A stretch of 64,000 nucleotides of DNA, from NCBI RefSeq assembly GCF_963676475.2, contig NZ_CAXXQZ010000001.1, forward strand, positions 875,245-939,244. Direction: 5' to 3'. The stretch's first letter is position 1. Each line of letters opens with the position of its first letter. Shown here in pieces: positions 60,034 through 64,000 of the stretch. The notes under the pieces are model-generated. The model was not told where the DNA came from. It ran no database searches and saw nothing but the letters and a program-made list of their open reading frames with translations. The translations under genes were made by a program, and so were the position numbers. This DNA is from an uncultured Celeribacter sp. GTDB lineage: Bacteria > Pseudomonadota > Alphaproteobacteria > Rhodobacterales > Rhodobacteraceae.

Positions 60034-60275
60034 GGTTCACGCCCTCCATATCAAGTTAACCCTACCATAAGCGAAATTCCGCGCGTCGGGCAAGGGCTGT
60101 GAAGGGTCACGATCATCACAATGACAGGAGGCCCTTTCGCGGCGGCCATTCCCGGTTCATGGCCCGGTTCATGATCTTCTTGAGTATTTTTCCGATCCTG
60201 CGGCCTTTCGCGAGGCCCGCCTTTCTTTTATGCGTTCTGGAAATGAATTTTCCGCAAGGACAAAACGAGGGCACC

Positions 60276-60575
60276 ATGGCTGATCTGACGGTAATCTACT
60301 GGCGTGATATTCCGGCGCAGGTGCGCGTGGGCCGTGGCCGTCGCGCCGCACGCGCCATATTGCCGGAGCGGTTCGAACAGGCCATCGACCGTGTGGCGAT
60401 GAAGATCGGCGCCACAGATGGCGATGCCTATATGGCCGAATGGCGCGATGTGGTGGAAGAGACCGCATTGGACGGCCAGGACGCCGCCGATACCCGCGCC
60501 ACCGAGCTGATTGCGGCCTATGACAAAGAGCGCCTGATCGCGCTGGTGAACAACGAGGGCCGTGAGGCCAAATAA
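60276..60575 (+). CDS. 'Virulence factor' domain protein of corrinoid methyltransferase clusters
   Basis: YWRDIPAQV...RFEQAIDRVAM...YMAEWR. Confidence 0.75.
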   Translation: MADLTVIYWRDIPAQVRVGRGRRAARAILPERFEQAIDRVAMKIGATDGDAYMAEWRDVVEETALDGQDAADTRATELIAAYDKERLIALVNNEGREAK

Positions 60576-60587
60576 AGGATAAGACCC

Positions 60588-61577
60588 ATGACCCGTACCG
60601 TCATCGAAAGCAAGACCAAGACCGTCGTGATCGGCTTTGACGAGCCGTTTTGTGTGATCGGCGAGCGCATCAACCCGACCGGACGCAAGAAACTTGCTGC
60701 CGAACTGGAGCTGGGCGATTTCTCGACCGTCGAGCGCGATGCGTTGGAACAGGTGGCCTGCGGGGCGACGGTTCTCGACATCAACTCGGGCGCGGTGTTC
60801 TCCAACAAGATGGCCGAAGACCCGCGCTATGCCGACAACAACTTTGTCGAGCCGCCGCTGATGGCCGAACTCGTGGCCCGTGTGCAGGCCGTGGTCGACG
60901 TGCCGCTTTGCATCGACAGCTCTGTGCCGGATGCCTTGGAAAAGGGGCTGGAAATGGCCGAGGGTCGCCCGCTTCTGAACTCCGTCACCGGCGAGGAAGA
61001 GCGCATGGAGCGGGTGCTGCCGCTGGTCAAGAAATACAACGTGCCGGTGGTGGCGATCTCGAATGACGACAGCGGCATTTCCGAGGACCCGGACGTGCGC
61101 TTTGCGGTGGCGAAAAAGATCGTCGAACGTGCTGCGGACTTTGGCATTCCGGCGCATGACATCGTGGTCGACCCGCTGGTGATGCCGATCGGCGCTATGG
61201 CGACCGCCGGTCATCAGGTGTTCACCCTGGTGCGCCGCCTGCGCGATGAGCTGGGCGTGAACACCACCTGCGGGGCCTCGAACGTCTCTTTCGGTCTGCC
61301 GCATCGTCACGGCATCAACGCGGCGTTTCTGCCCATGGCCATTGGCGCGGGCATGACCTCGGCGATCATGAACCCGGTGCGATTGCAGGAGATGGAGGCG
61401 ATCCGCGCCGCCAACCTTTTGATGAACCACGACGCCGACGGATCGAAATGGATCGGCTTTTCGCGCATCGCGGATGCGGTGGCTGAGGGCGCGAGCTTTG
61501 CCGAAGCGGCACAGGCTGCGGCCGCCGGTGGCGCCGGTGGCGGGCGCCGTGGCGGTGGACGTCGCCGCAGGGGGTAA
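60588..61577 (+). CDS. Methyltetrahydrofolate:cobalamin methyltransferase (stand-alone pterin-binding MetH domain)
   Basis: IGERINPTGRK, CIDSS, LNSVTGE, VVDPLV, GASNVSFGLP. Confidence 0.88.
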   Translation: MTRTVIESKTKTVVIGFDEPFCVIGERINPTGRKKLAAELELGDFSTVERDALEQVACGATVLDINSGAVFSNKMAEDPRYADNNFVEPPLMAELVARVQAVVDVPLCIDSSVPDALEKGLEMAEGRPLLNSVTGEEERMERVLPLVKKYNVPVVAISNDDSGISEDPDVRFAVAKKIVERAADFGIPAHDIVVDPLVMPIGAMATAGHQVFTLVRRLRDELGVNTTCGASNVSFGLPHRHGINAAFLPMAIGAGMTSAIMNPVRLQEMEAIRAANLLMNHDADGSKWIGFSRIADAVAEGASFAEAAQAAAAGGAGGGRRGGGRRRRG

Positions 61578-61631
61578 GCACCTCCGAAGAGACCGTGTCT
61601 GAGTATTTGAACAGCAAAGGAGACGCATGTC

Positions 61632-62204
61632 ATGGCGCGATTGATCGCATTCAACAAGCCGTTCGACGTGCTCTCCCAGTTCACCGACAAGGGCACCGAA
61701 GGCACGACACGCAAGACGCTTTCGGAGTTCATCGACGTGCCGCGCGTTTACCCGGCCGGGCGGTTGGATCGCGACAGCGAGGGGCTTTTGCTTCTGACCG
61801 ATGACGGGAAATTGCAGGCGCAGATTGCCAATCCGAAGCACAAGATGCCCAAGACCTATCTGGCTCAGGTCGAGGGCGATCTGAGTGAGGAGGCGCTGTC
61901 GCAGCTGTGCAAGGGCGTGGACTTGAAAGACGGCATGACCCGCCCTGCCCGCGCCCGACGTGTCGCGGAACCGGACTGGCTCTGGCCGCGCACGCCGCCG
62001 GTGCGCTATCGCAAATCCGTGCCCGAAAGCTGGCTGAAACTGACCATTTCGGAGGGCCGTAATCGGCAGGTGCGTCGGATGACGGCAGCGGTGGGATTTC
62101 CGACGCTCAGACTCATTCGGCTGTCCATCGGGCCGTGGCGGTTAGACGGTCTTGAGAATGGCGCATGGCGCGAGGACGACCCGTGGAAGGCAAAGAAAAG
62201 ATGA
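61632..62204 (+). CDS. rluE: 23S rRNA pseudouridine synthase (RluE-like)
   Basis: [31 protein letters not shown]. Confidence 0.88.
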   Translation: MARLIAFNKPFDVLSQFTDKGTEGTTRKTLSEFIDVPRVYPAGRLDRDSEGLLLLTDDGKLQAQIANPKHKMPKTYLAQVEGDLSEEALSQLCKGVDLKDGMTRPARARRVAEPDWLWPRTPPVRYRKSVPESWLKLTISEGRNRQVRRMTAAVGFPTLRLIRLSIGPWRLDGLENGAWREDDPWKAKKR

Positions 62205-64000
62205 GCGATCAGGATCCATTGGTGATTTTCACCCCCTCCGGCAAGCGCGGTCACGTTGCGCCCGGCACCACTGTGTTGCAGGCGGCGCGCGATCTTGGTG
62301 TCGATGTCGATAGCGTTTGCGGCGGGCATGGGATTTGTTCGAAATGCATGGTGCGTCCGTCCTTTGGCGATCACGCCAAACACGGCATTCACGCGGACGA
62401 AGCGGCACTCAGCCCGATCAATGCGGTGGAACGCGCCTATGACACTAAGCGCGGGATAAAACCGGGGCATCGGATGAGCTGTCAGGCGCAGGTGCAGGGC
62501 GATGTGGTGATCGACGTGCCCTCCGAGAGCCAGGTGCACAAACAGGTGGTGCGCAAGGCCGCCACTACGCGGGTGATCGACATGGACCCGGCGACCCGCA
62601 CCGTCTATGTCGAGGTCCCGCCCGCCGATATGCATTTGCCCACCGGCGACTGGGAACGGGTGCAGGGGCAATTGAGAGAGACGTGGCAGATTGAGAACGC
62701 GACCCTGTCGCTGGCCATGCTGACCCGGCTTCAGGCCGCATTGATCGCGGGCAAGGATGCGGTCACACTTGCGCTCAACACGGCCCGCGAAGGTGCGCCA
62801 CATGTGGTCGGTGTCTGGCCCGGATTTCAGGAACCGGCACTTTACGGATTGGCGGTCGATCTCGGCTCGACCACCGTTGCGGCGCATCTGACCGACCTTG
62901 TAACTGGCGAGGTCAGAGCCTCAGGCGGTGTGATGAACCCGCAGATCCGCTATGGCGAGGACCTGATGTCGCGGGTGTCTTATGCGATGATGAACCCGGG
63001 CGGGGCGGCCGAACTGACCGCTGCGGTGCGTGAGGCGCTTGGGCAACTGGCGCTGGAGCTGGCCGATGAGGCCCGGATTGCCACATCCGATATTTTCGAG
63101 ATCGTCGTTGTGATGAACCCGGTGATGCATCACCTGTTGCTGGGGCTCGACCCCGTGCCTTTGGGACAGGCGCCTTTTGCGCTGGCCAGCAATTCTGCGC
63201 TCGACCTGCCCGCCTCTGACATCGGATTGAGCCTTGCGCCCGAAGCCCAGCTTTACATTCTGCCGCTGATCGCCGGGCATGTCGGCGCCGATGCCGCCGC
63301 CGTGGCGCTCTCGGAGGCGCCGCAGAAACAGGAGCCTCTGACGCTGATCGTCGATGTCGGCACCAATGCGGAGATTCTACTGGGCAATACGAGCCGCGTG
63401 CTGGCCTGTTCCTCTCCCACGGGCCCGGCCTTTGAGGGGGCACAGATCAGTTCCGGCCAGCGTGCCGCCAACGGCGCCATCGAGCGGATCGAGATCGACC
63501 CGGTGACCAAAGAACCCCGGTTTCGCATCATCGGCGTCAAACAATGGTCCGACGAACCGGGCTTTGCCAAGAAGATCGGTCGCACCGGCGTCACGGGAAT
63601 CTGCGGCTCCGGCATCATCGAGGCGGTGGCGGAAATGCGCATGGCGGGCGTCCTTGACGCCAATGGGTTGATCGGCGCGCCGGAGGCCGTCGGCAGCCTT
63701 CGTTGCCGGGCTTCGGGGCGCACCTATGAATATGTGATCTACGATGGCTCCGCCGACGGCGGCCCTGTGGTCTCCGTCACCCAGGGCGACATCCGCGCCA
63801 TTCAGTTGGCGAAATCCGCGCTTTACGCAGGCGCACGGCTTTTGATGGATGAATTCGGCACCGATACCGTGGACCGCGTGGTGCTTGCGGGGGCCTTCGG
63901 GGCGCATATCTCTCCGAAACATGCCATGGTGCTGGGCATGATCCCGGATTGCCCGCTGGAGCATGTCACAAGTGCCGGGAACGCGGCGGGCACCGGGGCG
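62201..64000 (+). CDS. 2Fe-2S/ASKHA (DUF4445, RACo-type) corrinoid reactivation protein; runs off the window end
   Basis: [17 protein letters not shown]...[11 protein letters not shown]; [33 protein letters not shown]; not in the ORF track because it has no stop in the window. Confidence 0.88.
   Translation, partial: MSDQDPLVIFTPSGKRGHVAPGTTVLQAARDLGVDVDSVCGGHGICSKCMVRPSFGDHAKHGIHADEAALSPINAVERAYDTKRGIKPGHRMSCQAQVQGDVVIDVPSESQVHKQVVRKAATTRVIDMDPATRTVYVEVPPADMHLPTGDWERVQGQLRETWQIENATLSLAMLTRLQAALIAGKDAVTLALNTAREGAPHVVGVWPGFQEPALYGLAVDLGSTTVAAHLTDLVTGEVRASGGVMNPQIRYGEDLMSRVSYAMMNPGGAAELTAAVREALGQLALELADEARIATSDIFEIVVVMNPVMHHLLLGLDPVPLGQAPFALASNSALDLPASDIGLSLAPEAQLYILPLIAGHVGADAAAVALSEAPQKQEPLTLIVDVGTNAEILLGNTSRVLACSSPTGPAFEGAQISSGQRAANGAIERIEIDPVTKEPRFRIIGVKQWSDEPGFAKKIGRTGVTGICGSGIIEAVAEMRMAGVLDANGLIGAPEAVGSLRCRASGRTYEYVIYDGSADGGPVVSVTQGDIRAIQLAKSALYAGARLLMDEFGTDTVDRVVLAGAFGAHISPKHAMVLGMIPDCPLEHVTSAGNAAGTGA

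Overview
This is chromosomal DNA of a GC-rich alphaproteobacterium with Rhodobacteraceae-type gene content; the genus cannot be determined from sequence alone. The window appears to span the replication terminus: KOPS motifs (GGGNAGGG) switch strand near 41 kb, where a dif-like XerCD site lies. Most of it is ordinary housekeeping and transport: Hint/RTX protein, liv-type ABC operon, class II DAHP synthase, gmk, phoR-pstSCAB-phoU-phoB, putrescine catabolism, bdhA/patatin, psuG/psuK, rpsB-tsf, arginase, gabD, mfd, hemB, ppx and a split methionine-synthase/corrinoid-reactivation cluster. The standout is an approximately 8.4-kb integrase-less prophage (41071-49462) of a tailless, membrane-containing double-jelly-roll virus of the PM2/Vinavirales type. 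It carries an MCP, an A32-like packaging ATPase, a spike, many small membrane proteins and a membrane-anchored lysozyme. It is bracketed by two dif-like sites sharing the core TACCAATTAT, which implies integration by hijacking host XerCD. Its replicon looks plasmid-like and theta-type (winged-helix Rep, three 23-bp-phased iterons, perfect DnaA box) rather than having PM2's rolling-circle HUH initiator. Smaller finds include a candidate ~75-nt sRNA, an unannotated entericidin-type lipoprotein, several unannotated phage micro-ORFs, a frameshifted MocA-like gene, and Pho and CtrA boxes. All homology calls are by eye or from memory, not from database searches.
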